From Longimicrobiales bacterium (lineage in GTDB: Bacteria > Gemmatimonadota > Gemmatimonadetes > Longimicrobiales > Gaopeijiaceae), in NCBI GenBank assembly GCA_965218295.1, contig CBDCKN010000003.1, positions 160,001 through 224,000 of the forward strand: a stretch of 64,000 nt of DNA, written 5' to 3'. The notes under the pieces were generated by a model. The model saw only the letters and a program-made list of their open reading frames with translations, did not search any database and was not told the DNA's origin. Position 1 is the stretch's first letter; each line of letters starts with the position of its first letter. Both the position numbers and the translations under genes were made by a program. This document shows, piece after piece, positions 1 through 12,369 of the stretch.

Positions 1-445
1 GGTTCTTAGGCCGACAGGTTGGGGGCTCGTCGTATTCGCCCAATCGTTTAGAGCATGGTTGGCCCTCGTCACGGAGTATGGCTTCGATCTGTCAGGTACG
101 CGGGCCGTGGCTCGAGTCGGCGCAGATCGATCACGACTCTCCGAAGTCGTGGCTGGAGTGCAGGGGGCCAAGCTCTTGACCCTCCTCTGCGTACCGGTTG
201 GCCTTATCGCCGTGTATATGGCCGCTCCGGCGTTTCAGCGAGAACCTGCCCTCCTACTCTGGGCCGGCGCCTTTGCCGTGGCCCGCGGGCTCAGCCCGAT
301 GTGGTATTTCCTGGGCCTGGAACGTATGAGGGCCCCCTCGGCATTGGATGCCGGTACAAAGATCCTGGCTGCGCTCGGGGTGTTCATTTGGTCGCTGGGA
401 GCACAAGGCTGGGCCCGGCACGCTGCCTTTCTCATTGGAGCCTGA
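1..445 (+). pseudogene. Polysaccharide/O-antigen flippase (Wzx-like), truncated fragment
   Basis: EYGFDLSGTRAVA...P(M)WYFLGLERM is typical of a Wzx N-terminal half; the ORF stops far short of a ~400-aa flippase and runs off the window's 5' edge. Confidence 0.6.
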
Positions 446-579
446 CGAGCGTAAGGGTGGCATTCTGCAATGGTGTTCGGCGAAGGGGGCCACGGCCTCT
501 GTGCGACACGGGCGGATGCCCGTACCGTTAGTAGTTAGTAGTGGTAGCACCGAAGAGGGGAGGAGCCTTGCCGAAAACG

Positions 580-1317
580 ATGCGCCCATTTCTGCTCGCC
601 GCCGCGGCTGTCGCTGCGCTCGTCGCCGGGTGCTTGTCACCGCCGGCCGACACCGACGCCGAGACCGTCATCGTCGTTCACGGGCTCCGCCGGACGCCCG
701 CGTCGATGGCGATCCTCGTCGAGCGACTCGAGGCCGCCGGATTCCGGGTGCTGAACTTCGGCTACCCGTCCACCGAGGAGCCCATCGAGAGCCTGGTCGG
801 CCGCCTAAGGGGCCAGTTGGAGGAGTGCTGTGCCCAGGGGATGGAACGCGTCCACTTCGTGACCCACTCCATGGGAGGCATTCTCGTGCGACTCTATCTC
901 GCGGAGCACTCGCCGAATCACGTCGGACGGGTCGTGATGCTCGCCCCTCCCAACCAGGGGAGCGAGATAGCCGACTTCGTCGCCGATCTCGTCGCCGAGT
1001 CACCCGTCCTCAGCAATATCCTCGGGCCGACCGGATCACGCCTCGGGACGGACAGCACAGGCATCGCACAGCAGCTCGGTCCGGCCGACTTCGAGCTGGG
1101 GATCATCACCGGGAATCGGAGCGTGAACCCCATCGGCTCGTGGCTCATCCCCGGTCCTGACGACGGCAAGGTGGCGGTGGATCGAGCCCGCCTCGATGGG
1201 GCTGCAGCGTTCCTCGTCATCGGGGCCACCCATACGTTCATCATGAACCGCCGTGACGTGGCGGATCAGACCATCCATTTCGTCCGGGAAGGCAGGTTCT
1301 CGGCAGACACGCCTTGA
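580..1317 (+). CDS. Lipoprotein alpha/beta hydrolase (lipase/esterase-like)
   Basis: Lipobox-like VAGC, VHGL oxyanion motif, THSMGG nucleophile elbow, DDGKV and H-T-F catalytic segments. Confidence 0.85.
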   Translation: MRPFLLAAAAVAALVAGCLSPPADTDAETVIVVHGLRRTPASMAILVERLEAAGFRVLNFGYPSTEEPIESLVGRLRGQLEECCAQGMERVHFVTHSMGGILVRLYLAEHSPNHVGRVVMLAPPNQGSEIADFVADLVAESPVLSNILGPTGSRLGTDSTGIAQQLGPADFELGIITGNRSVNPIGSWLIPGPDDGKVAVDRARLDGAAAFLVIGATHTFIMNRRDVADQTIHFVREGRFSADTP

Positions 1318-1339
1318 GGACGGTGGAGCCGCCAGTGGT

Positions 1340-3724
1340 CTAAGGCTCCACATCAATGCTCCCCCCACGGAAGAGGACGGCCGCAGCCATCGCGTACGAA
1401 ATCCCGCCCACAAGCAGCACCACTGGAGATCCGGCCTCGACGGCGATGAGGGCGGCCAGCGGAGCGGCCACCACCGAGGCGAAGCCGTTGGCGGCCCACG
1501 CCCACGCCGTGCAGGGCACATCGCCCCCGGCAAGAGCTCGTAGCCCCACCGGAAAGGGCACCCCCATGAGGAATCCCAACGGCGCCACGGCGAGCACTCC
1601 GAAGCCCGCCCGCGCCGCCAGCGGCAGCGGTTGGAGGAGATGCACGAGGCGGAGCAGTGCTCCCGAGTAGACCAACAACAGCGCCACTATTCCCAGGAGC
1701 AGCATCCATCCGCGATGGGCCGCGATCCGATCCGACCAGATGCTCCCCAAGCCAGAGCTGGTGAGGAACGCGACCAGAACGGCCGTCACGGCGTACACCG
1801 GATGTCCGAGGAGAAGGCTGAGCTGCTGGATGGCGGCGATCTCGGCGGCCAGATAGGCCAGACCGATAGCCGCGAAATACCCCAGGATCGGCACCAACCG
1901 GCCCGAACCGACCGAGCCCACGCCCAGCGCCGCCGGCACCAGGATGGCACCGGCCGCGAGCACCACGCTTTGGAGGAGCGTCGCCAGCAAGGCCATGTAT
2001 CCCCACTCGGCGAACGGGAGCCAATCGGCTCGGTCGCCGCCCAGGAACACGCCGATGGAGCCGGCCCGGAGAAACTGGTGCGGATAGGGGCGTGCGTCGT
2101 CGACGGGCTCGACGTCGAATGGATAGTTCGCCGCCCACTCGGTCGCCTCGTCGCGACCGACTGTAGCCGTAGCCGCGGCCTCGAAAAGCACGGGGTCGTC
2201 GATCAGGTGATATGTGGTCACCGGAGTGGTGAGATCGGGGCGCCAGTCGATGTCGAATGCCCTCCTCCCGGTCCATTCCTCGAGGGCCGCGACATCGGCG
2301 GAGGTGAAGCCAGACGGCTTCACCAGCACAGTCGCCGTCGCCCAACTCCGCATCACTACCAGCCCGTTCGCCACGGCTTGGGGCGCCGTACGACGCAACG
2401 CCTCCACGGCAGTCAGGATGACCCGAATCGACTCTCGCGGTGGGATGCTCAGCCACCTGGTGACCGCCAGGACTCCCCCGGGGCCGAGTAGATCGAGATA
2501 GGCGACGTACGCGTCAACGGTGTGAAGGAAGTCCTCGTTGAGCGCGTGCACGCCGGCGGCGGTTGTCCCGAATCCGCCGCCCGAGCCGAGAGTGACGAGG
2601 TCGAACCGCTCCCGAGTCCGCGCCACGAAGGCCCGAGCGTCACCGATCACCCACTCGATTTCGGCGTCGAGGATACGCTCGGAGGTCGCCGCCAGTCGGG
2701 CCACGTCGGGATGGAGCTCGACCGCCCAGACCTCGAGAGCCCCGTGTACAGCCGCATTCCAGAGCTCCGTCCCTCCCCCAACCCCCAACACGAGCACTCG
2801 CTCACGTCCTCCCAAGGCATACGGCAGAGCGGACGGCAGCCAGTCGAGAACGCCGGTGTCCACGCTGTCGTCTGCCCAGTCTGCCAGAGCTCCGGCAAGT
2901 TGCCCGTCCACGAAGATCCCGGTCTGCGGGGGGAGCGATCCCCGGTACCCGAGGGAGAGACCGGGGGCACTGCGAAACGCGGGTGCTTCCACGGCCACGA
3001 CCCAGCCGATGGGTGACGCATACTCGGCGACGCGGCGGGCATCCGGGAAGGCCTCGACCTGAGGTAGTGCCTTATAGGGCGTGACATCCAGCCGCCAGAG
3101 AGGGTGCACCAGCACGGCCAGCGAGGCTGCCACGGCGGTCCATCCCACTCCCGCGGGCAAACGGGAATCGACCCGCGGAACCACCACCGCGGCCACCGCC
3201 CCGAGCACGGCAGGTACCGCCAGAGCCCGCTCCGGAAGAAACCAGATCAGCGCAGCCGTGGCCAAGAGAGCACCGGCCCCGGAGCCAAGAAAGCTCGCGC
3301 CGTAGATGAGGCCGGGCCGCTCCGACTCCAGCGTGAGCGCGAGCAGGATCGCTACGGCGGCCAAGCCGAAGGGGAGCGCAAGGAGGAGATATACGAGCCC
3401 GAGCCTGAGCCACTGGCCGAGGCCCCATGCAATCTGCGTCGGATCCAGGGACACTGTGTGGGTCAGCGCAGGACTTGCGATCAGCGCCACCGCCGCCGCC
3501 GCCGCGGAGAAGGCCAACCAACGGCTGGCGCTGTGGAGAGGGAGGCGCCCCGCCATTGCGACGAGCGTACCGGCGGCCCCGAACCCCAGCATGGCGACGC
3601 CCACCGCCATGTAGGCGAAGTGGTGGAACTGCTCGATGGCGAAGACCCGCACCAGCAGCACTTCGTACGCCAGGACAGCAGCGGAGAGCAGCGCGACGGC
3701 GACCGACCTCCGATGCCGGGTCAC
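1340..3724 (-). CDS. Membrane-bound spermidine-synthase-like SAM-dependent methyltransferase fusion
   Basis: N- and C-terminal multi-TM regions flank VLVLGVGGG / VELHP / GDARAFV methyltransferase motifs; DDARPY motif. Confidence 0.75.
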   Translation of the reverse strand: MTRHRRSVAVALLSAAVLAYEVLLVRVFAIEQFHHFAYMAVGVAMLGFGAAGTLVAMAGRLPLHSASRWLAFSAAAAAVALIASPALTHTVSLDPTQIAWGLGQWLRLGLVYLLLALPFGLAAVAILLALTLESERPGLIYGASFLGSGAGALLATAALIWFLPERALAVPAVLGAVAAVVVPRVDSRLPAGVGWTAVAASLAVLVHPLWRLDVTPYKALPQVEAFPDARRVAEYASPIGWVVAVEAPAFRSAPGLSLGYRGSLPPQTGIFVDGQLAGALADWADDSVDTGVLDWLPSALPYALGGRERVLVLGVGGGTELWNAAVHGALEVWAVELHPDVARLAATSERILDAEIEWVIGDARAFVARTRERFDLVTLGSGGGFGTTAAGVHALNEDFLHTVDAYVAYLDLLGPGGVLAVTRWLSIPPRESIRVILTAVEALRRTAPQAVANGLVVMRSWATATVLVKPSGFTSADVAALEEWTGRRAFDIDWRPDLTTPVTTYHLIDDPVLFEAAATATVGRDEATEWAANYPFDVEPVDDARPYPHQFLRAGSIGVFLGGDRADWLPFAEWGYMALLATLLQSVVLAAGAILVPAALGVGSVGSGRLVPILGYFAAIGLAYLAAEIAAIQQLSLLLGHPVYAVTAVLVAFLTSSGLGSIWSDRIAAHRGWMLLLGIVALLLVYSGALLRLVHLLQPLPLAARAGFGVLAVAPLGFLMGVPFPVGLRALAGGDVPCTAWAWAANGFASVVAAPLAALIAVEAGSPVVLLVGGISYAMAAAVLFRGGSIDVEP

Positions 3725-3727
3725 TGG

Positions 3728-4456
3728 TCAGCGGAGACCTTTGAGTATCGGCACGAATCTCACCGGGAGCACGTTCCGCGTGCGGACCTCCTCGTGGGTC
3801 ACTTTCTCCACCAGGATCAGGTGCTGCACGCCGTAGAGGCTCCCCACCGGGATGATCATGCGGCCACCCACCTTGAGCTGCTCGATGAGAGCCGGCGGAA
3901 TAGAGCCGCCCGCCGCCGTTACAATGACGGCGTCGTAGGGGGCATGTCTGCTCCATCCGTAGCGCCCGTCGGCATGCCGGGTGGTGACGTTGTCGAAACC
4001 GAGGCGCTGAAGGCGCTCCGTCGCTTGCGTCGCAAGGGCCTCGAAGATCTCCATGGTGTAGACGTCGCACCCGACCTCGGCCAAAACGGCCGTCTGGTAC
4101 CCGGATCCCGTTCCCAACTCGAGGACCTTCATACCCGGCGAGAGCCCAAGGATCTCCGTCATGAGCGCCACGATGTACGGCTGGGAGATTGTCTGCCCGT
4201 GACCGATGGGAAGGGGGCGGTTCTCGTAGGCGTGCGGCCGGTACTTGGCTGGAACGAACTCGTGACGAGGGACGGCGCCGATGGCGCGAAGCGTCTCCGT
4301 GTCCACGATGCCGTCGCTCCGAATGACCGACACCATCTCCGCCCTCTGCTGGCGGAAGAGGGCATCCGCGGGATCATCTGGATTCTGTCCCGCTGCATTC
4401 GGTGGGTTCGCGGTGCATACGGCCAGCGCCAGCACGCCCGCGAGATAAGGCCTCAT
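3728..4456 (-). CDS. pcm: Protein-L-isoaspartate O-methyltransferase with signal-peptide-like N-terminus
   Basis: VPRHEFVP, LPIGHGQTISQPYIVA, VLELGTGSGYQTA, APYDAVIVTAA, VRFVP. Confidence 0.95.
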   Translation of the reverse strand: MRPYLAGVLALAVCTANPPNAAGQNPDDPADALFRQQRAEMVSVIRSDGIVDTETLRAIGAVPRHEFVPAKYRPHAYENRPLPIGHGQTISQPYIVALMTEILGLSPGMKVLELGTGSGYQTAVLAEVGCDVYTMEIFEALATQATERLQRLGFDNVTTRHADGRYGWSRHAPYDAVIVTAAGGSIPPALIEQLKVGGRMIIPVGSLYGVQHLILVEKVTHEEVRTRNVLPVRFVPILKGLR

Positions 4457-4522
4457 CGGGGTCGCCTTTCGGTTCTCCGTAACTTTCCGACGACGGGCCG
4501 AAGAGGTCAAGGGGGAGCCGAG

Positions 4523-4840
4523 CTAGAGCTTCAGAGCGCCCCGAAGAACCGCGAGAGCTCCTCCGCTAGTAATGTCTCCGATTTTTTCCGCCAACTCCTG
4601 ACCCACTGCGCCGAGCACCCTGATGCGATCGATGACGGTCGCGATCGCCTCGTTCCTGTCGGTGGCGCCTCGAACGATTTCGGTCAAGCTGTCATACGTC
4701 GCTTGGTCGCTGAGCTTCAGGTCGTCGAAGATCTGCTCCAGCTGGGCAGCCTGTTGGATGATCGCGTCAAGCTGGTCACCGACGGCCGTATCCCCCGCTC
4801 CCCGGGCTCTCCTCCGGGCCTCCGCAAAGTCTCTTGCCAC
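4523..4840 (-). CDS. Hypothetical helical protein
   Basis: 105-aa ORF with AGGAAG RBS-like sequence, co-oriented with its neighbours; no family recognised. Confidence 0.6.
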   Translation of the reverse strand: MARDFAEARRRARGAGDTAVGDQLDAIIQQAAQLEQIFDDLKLSDQATYDSLTEIVRGATDRNEAIATVIDRIRVLGAVGQELAEKIGDITSGGALAVLRGALKL

Positions 4841-4879
4841 GGTTGATCTTCCTTTCTGGAGAAGCCTGCCTGGACCCGC

Positions 4880-5500
4880 TTATCCGGGGTTATTGCCTGT
4901 CGCACCCAGCGCCGCCGACGCGCCCCTGATCTTCTCGGTGGCGTCGGCCGCGAAGTTGGACGCCTCGGTGATATCATTCGCGATCTCGTTCCGAAGATCC
5001 TTCAGCCCCGCTGCCTCGAGGACGCTATCCTGCAGGCCTTCCACCTTGAGCACGCTGTTCAGGTGGGCCGTCACGGCGGCATTAGCACTTATGGTGCGGT
5101 CGAAAGCTTCGTCGATCTTGGCGAGGAGCGCAGTCTCCCTCGTATTCACGGACTCGACGAACTCCGATCGTTTGGCGTCGATGTCCTCGATCGCCGCTCT
5201 TGCCCACCCCTCGAGATCCTCCCAGTTCTCCTCCCTCGCGATCTCGAGTAGCTCGCCCTCCCTGACGAAGGTCTTGAGATACGCCGGGGTCCAGACCTCG
5301 TCGATGACGACGAGCCCGTTCCGCCGCATCTGCTCGAAGGAGAACCTGACCGTGTTCTTGTAGCCCGAGTACAGCTGCTGGATGTCTTCCCCAACGGCCA
5401 TGGAGAGCGCTACGGTTTCCTTCGGGACGCTGGCGCAGCCCGAGAGCCAAAGGAACCAGATGCAACTCCAGCCTCGGAAAATGACTCTTCGGTAGTTCAC
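4880..5500 (-). CDS. Hypothetical lipoprotein, coiled-coil/helical
   Basis: GTG start after GGAGG; lipobox LSGC; amphipathic helical composition. Confidence 0.65.
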   Translation of the reverse strand: MNYRRVIFRGWSCIWFLWLSGCASVPKETVALSMAVGEDIQQLYSGYKNTVRFSFEQMRRNGLVVIDEVWTPAYLKTFVREGELLEIAREENWEDLEGWARAAIEDIDAKRSEFVESVNTRETALLAKIDEAFDRTISANAAVTAHLNSVLKVEGLQDSVLEAAGLKDLRNEIANDITEASNFAADATEKIRGASAALGATGNNPG

Positions 5501-5765
5501 GCGTCTCACGCCTCCTTTTCTGCGAACCCCACCGACTCGTCTGCAAGAGATCCGCCTTCCACGAGGGAAGTCGCAAGATGAATGGGTCACTGTCTCCATC
5601 GGAGACACATTGTGCCGTGACTCTGCTTCCCCGCCAAACGAATCGGTGGCGAAATCCGGAACGACCGGCGGTGCTCGTCTGCCAGTGCCGCAGGACCGTC
5701 AGGGGGGGCGACGCGGGGGAGGCTGCCTGCGGGGGAGTTGACTCTACGCCGAGCCCTTCAGGGGG

Positions 5766-6711
5766 TCAAGGATCCCGCAACACCACAGCCCTCCGCTCGT
5801 CCAGGCGCCGGAGGCCGACCTCGGCAGCGATCTCCAGCGCCTCGAGGAATTCGTCGGGGTGCAAGCGGCGATCGAGCTGGGCGTAGCGGTCCCCTGACAC
5901 CTTGCCGGCCGGATAGTACTGATCCATGACGTTCACGTAGGTATCGGGCCCGAGCTCCTCGACGATCCACTCCAGGATGTTGCGCGGTTTCGTCCAGGCA
6001 ACCCGGCATGACGAGGTGCCGGATCAGGACGCCTCGCTCGGCCAGCCCGTCGCCATCGATGACCAGGTCACCCACCTGCTTGTGCATCTCCCGAATGGCG
6101 GCCCTGGCGGCCTCCGGATAATCCTCGGCCTTTAGGAACTCCCGGCTCTTCTCGGGGCTCCAGAGCTTGAAGTCGGGCATGTAGATGTCTACCACACCGT
6201 CCATCCACCTGAGGCTCTCGAGCGAATCGTACGCCGAAGTGTTGTATACGATGGGAAGGACGAGCCCGCCGTCCACGGCCAGGCAGACCGCCTCGAGCAC
6301 CTGAGGAACCACGTGCTCGGGAGTGACGAAGTTGATGTTGTGGCACCCGTGGCGCTGGAGGCCCAACATTAGGGAGGCCAGCTCCTCGGGCGGCAGTCCG
6401 GGCTGGGCGGGGCCGGGGCGCACACCCTGGCTGATGTCGAAGTTCTGGCAGAAGACACAGCGGAGGTTGCAGTGGGAGAAGAAGATCGTTCCGGAGCCGT
6501 TCCAACCCCTGAGGCAGTCCTCCTCTCCGAAGTGGGGGAGGGCGCTGCCTACGACCGCGTAGCGTCCGGTCTTGCAGGCCGACCACTTCCCTTGCAGCCG
6601 ATCGACGCGACAGTCTCGAGGGCAAGCGCGGCAGTCGGCCAAGGACGCCACCGCCTGGAGGGAACGCTCCTGGAGCTCGGAACGGCTGAGCCTGAGGTAC
6701 GCAGGAAGCAT
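5766..6711 (-). CDS. PflX-like radical SAM protein (frameshift near 5985)
   Basis: CRACPRDC, HFGEEDCL, CNLRCVFCQN, PIVYNTSAYDS, DIYMPDFK; the C-terminal NVMDQYYPAGK lies in a shifted frame. Confidence 0.85.
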
Positions 6712-6728
6712 GATGTTGAGGCCCTGAG

Positions 6729-7535
6729 ATGAAACCCGACGTTCGGCAGCCGGCCGTCGCCGGGCACTTCTACCCGGACGATCCCGCCGAGCTGCGCCGC
6801 ACGGTGGAAGAGCTCCTGGAGTCCGTCACCCCGATGGGCGAAGACGCCGACGCGCCACCACCGAAAGCTATCATCGCCCCTCACGCGGGCTATGTCTACT
6901 CCGGCCCCACCGCGGCCGCCGCTTATGCGGAGGTGGCACGGACTCGGACCACCGTCGAGCGAGTCGTGCTGTTAGGACCCTGCCACGCCCTTCCAATTCA
7001 CGGGCTCGCCCTTCCCGGAGGCTCAGCTCTCGCCACCCCTCTCGGCGACGTGCCCCTGGACGAGGAGGGCGTCCGCGTCGCCCATGGGCTTCGCCCGGTA
7101 TTCATGCTCCCGAAGGCCCACGACGGGGAGCACAGCCTGGAGGTGCACCTCCCGTTTCTGCAGGTCGTGCTCGACGACTTCACCATCGTCCCCATGGTCG
7201 TCGGCGACCCGGAGCCCGAGCGTGTTGCGGAGGTCCTCGACGCTCTCTGGGGCGGGCCCGAGACGCTTGTCGTAATCAGCTCGGACCTCAGCCATTACCA
7301 GCGCTACCCAGTCGCCTGCGAGCTGGACAAGACCACGGCCCAGGCCATCGAGGCGCTGGACCCGGCCTCGATCGGCTATCACCATGCCTGCGGCCGCGTG
7401 CCCATCATCGGACTCCTCCAGGTCGCCCGGGAAAGAGGCCTCCGGGCTCGGAGGCTGGATCTGCGGAACTCGGGCGACACGGTGGGCAGCCACCACCGGG
7501 TCGTCGGGTACGGCGCCTGGGCCTTCGCGGTCTGA
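6729..7535 (+). CDS. amrB: AmmeMemoRadiSam system protein B (MEMO1 family)
   Basis: RQPAVAGHFYP, PHAGYVYSG, EHSLEVHLPFLQ, SSDLSHY, NSGD, VVGYGA. Confidence 0.93.
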   Translation: MKPDVRQPAVAGHFYPDDPAELRRTVEELLESVTPMGEDADAPPPKAIIAPHAGYVYSGPTAAAAYAEVARTRTTVERVVLLGPCHALPIHGLALPGGSALATPLGDVPLDEEGVRVAHGLRPVFMLPKAHDGEHSLEVHLPFLQVVLDDFTIVPMVVGDPEPERVAEVLDALWGGPETLVVISSDLSHYQRYPVACELDKTTAQAIEALDPASIGYHHACGRVPIIGLLQVARERGLRARRLDLRNSGDTVGSHHRVVGYGAWAFAV

Positions 7536-7540
7536 AGAGA

Positions 7541-8650
7541 TCAGGCCTCGAAGTCTTGGAGGCGGACCAGCTTCCTACGGGCCCCCCAGTGACCCGGCCC
7601 GGCCTCGAACACCCCTGGGATCCGGGTCCCACATCGCCCGCACGCCCCGCCCGCCGTCACGTCCCAGCCGAGGATGCTGTACCACTCCCGTTCGATGAGC
7701 CGGTGCCCGCAGGGATGGCAGTATGTGCTGCTGCCGTCCCGGTCACTCACGTTGCCGACGTAGGCGTAGCGAACGCCGTTCCTCAATGCGATGCCGCGTG
7801 CCCGCCGAAGGGTCGAAGGTGGCGTCGGTGGACGATCCATCATCTTCCAGTCGGGATGAAACGCCGTGAAATGCATGGGCACGTCGGGTCCCAATCGCTC
7901 CACCACCCAGCCGGTCATGGCATCGATCTCCTCGTCGGAGTCGTTCTCTCCGGGGATGAGGAGCGTGGTCAGCTCGAACCACACGTCGGTCTCGTACCTG
8001 AGGTAGAGCAACGTCTCCAGGACCGGCTCCAAGTGCGCCGCGCAGACCTTGTTATAGAAGCGCTCAGTGAAGGCCTTGAGGTCCACGTTGGCGGCGTCCA
8101 TGTGTGCGTAGAACTCGGCCCGTGGCTCGGGGCAGACATAACCCGCCGTCACAGCCACGCTCTTCACGCCTCGCTCTCGGCACGCCAGCGCGACGTCGAT
8201 GGCGTACTCGTGGAAGACGACCGGATCGTTGTAGGTGAATGCTACAGCCCGGCACCCAAGGGACTCCGCCGCGCGGGCGATCACCTCAGGAGACGCCCGA
8301 TCCATGAGCGTGTCCATCTCCCTCGACTTACTGATGTCCCAGTTCTGACAGAACTTGCAGGCGAGGTTGCAGCCAGCGGTCCCGAAGGAGAGGATCGGCG
8401 TTCCCGGGAGGAAGTGATTGAGCGGCTTCTTCTCGACGGGATCGATGCAGTAGCCGCTGGAGCGACCGTATGTGGTCAGGACGACGGCGCCGTCATGGTT
8501 CGCCCGAACGAAGCAGAGGCCCCTCTGGCCGGGCCTGAGCTTGCACGCCCGCGGACAGATGTCGCACTGGACCCGACCATCGTCGAGGCGATGCCAGTGG
8601 GAGGTGTCCACCACGCCGGCTACGCCGGCCTGATCCGATCCGTGCTCCAT
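7541..8650 (-). CDS. amrS: AmmeMemoRadiSam system radical SAM enzyme
   Basis: CDICPRAC, DPVEKKPLNHF, GCNLACKFCQNWDIS, AFHPDWKM, YVGNV, C-terminal CxxC pairs. Confidence 0.93.
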   Translation of the reverse strand: MEHGSDQAGVAGVVDTSHWHRLDDGRVQCDICPRACKLRPGQRGLCFVRANHDGAVVLTTYGRSSGYCIDPVEKKPLNHFLPGTPILSFGTAGCNLACKFCQNWDISKSREMDTLMDRASPEVIARAAESLGCRAVAFTYNDPVVFHEYAIDVALACRERGVKSVAVTAGYVCPEPRAEFYAHMDAANVDLKAFTERFYNKVCAAHLEPVLETLLYLRYETDVWFELTTLLIPGENDSDEEIDAMTGWVVERLGPDVPMHFTAFHPDWKMMDRPPTPPSTLRRARGIALRNGVRYAYVGNVSDRDGSSTYCHPCGHRLIEREWYSILGWDVTAGGACGRCGTRIPGVFEAGPGHWGARRKLVRLQDFEA

Positions 8651-8818
8651 ACCTTCCGACCCGTCTCTCGTAACCTGAAGAAATATGGGTCGGGCATCCA
8701 CACCTTGTCACGTCGCCTCGGTGAACAGGTCGCGCGGGGTCCGGGGGACCACCGGGATCAACTCAGGTTCCCGGCGGCGTGGATTCGCTGGGCGGAGCCC
8801 CCGGAGTTACCGTGCGCC

Positions 8819-9209
8819 ATGGACGAAATCCCGGTCGTAGCGGCGGTTATCCGGAGGGGCGGGCGGGTTCTTCTGGGTCGACGCCCCGAGCACAAGCGTC
8901 ACGGAGGCCTCTGGGAGTTCCCCGGCGGAAAAGTCCACGACGGTGAGACGGACTTCCAGGCCCTGGAGCGAGAGCTGGCCGAGGAGCTCGAGGTCAGAAC
9001 GGTCTCGGTTGGCAGCGTCCTCTTCGAGAGTCCGGATCCGGAAGGCACCGTTCCTGATCCGATTCGTCGAGGTGGAAGTCGATGGTGATCCCACCACCCT
9101 CGAGCACGCCGAGATCGGCTGGTTCGACCCGAGCGTCCTACAGGATCTGCCCCTCGCACCCTCCGACGCCCGCTTCGTTGTCCAGCACCTTCTGGCGCCC
9201 AGACCCTGA
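8819..9209 (+). CDS. MutT/NudG-type NUDIX hydrolase (frameshift near 9040)
   Basis: WEFPGGKVHDGETDFQALERELAEEL Nudix box; C-terminus LEHAEIGWF...LAPSD in another frame. Confidence 0.85.
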
Positions 9210-9244
9210 AGTCGGCCCGCCGTCCGGCCCGGCCCGCCGTCCGG

Positions 9245-10687
9245 TCAGCCACCCTCCAGGATCTTGGCGAGCCAACGGGCCTGGACCTTCGGTATCTCGT
9301 GACAAACACGCCCTCCCCGAACCAGCCCCCGCCCCACCACTTGGCCGTCGAGCCCCAGAGGCACGAAGCCCGGCTCTACACCGGTCACCTCGACCTCCTC
9401 GTCACCGAGGAGCGTCTTCCACTCGTCCCGCGAAAGGGAGACGAGCTTTTGTGCCACGGCCCCTTCGAGGAGTCGTAGAAGGTCGTTCGTCGGCCTGGGT
9501 CTGTCCTTGTAGTCCGGCACCATGGCTCGGAGGCCGACGGACACGACCCGCCACCCGTCGGACTCGCCCCATACGTCCAGGGGCCAACTCCCACAGCGGT
9601 GCACCCACAGGTCATCCCCCTTGGCGATCCATTGGAGATCCTGCATCGCACCTTCCCCCACGCCGAAGAAGGACTTGAGCCTGTCGAGCCCCTCTTCTAT
9701 GGCGCGGGGCCGCCGCCTCGGGATCGGTCCTCCCATCGGGGAACGCCACCGGGACCGGGCTCCAGCCCGGAAGCGCATCGCTATCGCCATCGAGACGGCG
9801 AAGCCGGGCCAGGAAGAGCCCGCCCGAGTCCAGGTGGTGGGGATAGATGCGGCAGGCCCCCTCCAGGCTGGCGTCGTACTGCTGCCCCTCGAAGCAGGTC
9901 AGTCCTGGTGCGTGGGGCGCTTCGATCTCGATGGGATCGAGGACGACCGGAGCATCTTCGAGCACGCGGTGGACCACGGCCTCGTTCTCCTCCGGTGCGA
10001 AGGTGCACGTAGAATAGAGCACGACCCCGCCGGGGCGCGTCAACGCGATGGCCCTTCGCAGGAGGCCCTCCTGTCTCCGCGGGACCCGCTCCCGGAATTT
10101 CCTTCGCTGCCGGCGCAGGGTCCCGCCTTTACGGCGAAGGGTCCCCTCGGCGGAGCAAGGCGCATCCACGAGCACGCGGTCGAAGAGGGCCCCGTCCGGG
10201 AGCGCCCTACCGTCGCCCCGACACCACCAACACGTTGGGATGCGCGGTTCGATAGAGGTTGCCCAACAGGGCGCGGATCCGGTCTTCGTTCCAGTCCACA
10301 GCCACGATGCAGCCTCGATCCTCCATGAGGTCTGCGGCGTGCGTCGTCTTGCCGCCCGGTGCAGCGCACATGTCGAGGACCCTCTCTCCGGGACGGGGGC
10401 CCAGGAGTGGAGCGGCGACACCGGTGGAGGGCCTGCTGGATGTAGAACAGACCGAGCCAGTTCTCGATGGTGTCGGCCACGCTATGGGGGCCGTCCACCA
10501 CGCGCATGAAGTCCCGAAGGCCCTCTACGGGCTCCAGGACGAAGCCCTGCTCCTGGAGCCGGTCGGCGACGTCCGCAAGAGAGATGCGGCCCGTGCGGAC
10601 CCGGATGGTCGTGGGGTCGCGAGAGAGGATGGTGGCCTCAAAGCGATCCCAGTCCGGGATGATGGCTCGGTATCGCTCGAGGGGCAT
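9245..10687 (-). CDS. RsmB/RsmF (NOL1/NOP2) RNA cytosine-5 methyltransferase, several frameshifts
   Basis: GLFYIQ, FDRVLVDAPCSAEG, YSTCTFAPEENE motifs spread over 3-4 frames. Confidence 0.85.
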
Positions 10688-10703
10688 CGGGCGTCCCAGA
10701 GTC

Positions 10704-11389
10704 CTAGAGGTCTGCCGACGAAGTGGCCGGCTTGGCCACCCGGGTCGGGCGCGGCTTCGAAGGCCGGCGCCCCCCTCTCCGGACTCGGACGCGGAACAGC
10801 ATGAGCACCACGAGGACGCTGGTCGCCACCAGGGGCCAGTAGGTATCGGCCTTCACCTGCCAGTAGAAGTGCAGCACGCCGAGGGAGGTGGAGACGTAGA
10901 CGAGGCGATGGAGCTTCTGCCACCGCTTCCCGAGCCTCCGGATCCATCCCTTGGTCGACGTCACGGCCAAAGGGATGAGCAGCACCCACGCCGTGAACCC
11001 CACGATGATGTACCGTCGCTCCGTGAGGTCCTCCAGAATGAACTCCCAGTCCAGGGTCTGATCCAGGATGGCGTACGCCAGGAAATGTAAGGTCAGGTAG
11101 AAGAAGCCGAAGAGCCCCAGGATACGCCGCACCGGGATGATGCTGTTCCATCCGGTGACGCGCCGTATCGGCGTCACGGAGAGGGTGGTGAGGAGGAGGA
11201 TCAGCGCCGCACGACCCAGATTGTGGAGGATCTCCTCGATGGGGTTGGCACCCAGACGGTCCGTGAGGGCGCGCCACACCAGCCAGGTGGCGGGGGTGAG
11301 GCCAATCAGCCACACCACCACCTTGAGGAGAAGGATCTGGCGCTTCTTGTTCAATCGGTTTTCGTGGGTTCGAGCAACGCTTCGCTTGA

Positions 11390-11393
<4 letters not shown>
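10704..11393 (-). CDS. msrQ: Methionine sulfoxide reductase haem-binding subunit
   Basis: [31 protein letters not shown]; adjacent to msrP. Confidence 0.92.

Positions 11394-12369
<976 letters not shown>

Noticed and set aside
3104..4846. Long antisense ORFs (580 aa here; also 7556-9088, 30752-32332, 51582-52934)
   Set aside because: Shadow ORFs opposite well-supported genes in high-GC DNA, Arg/Gly/His-rich and without motifs
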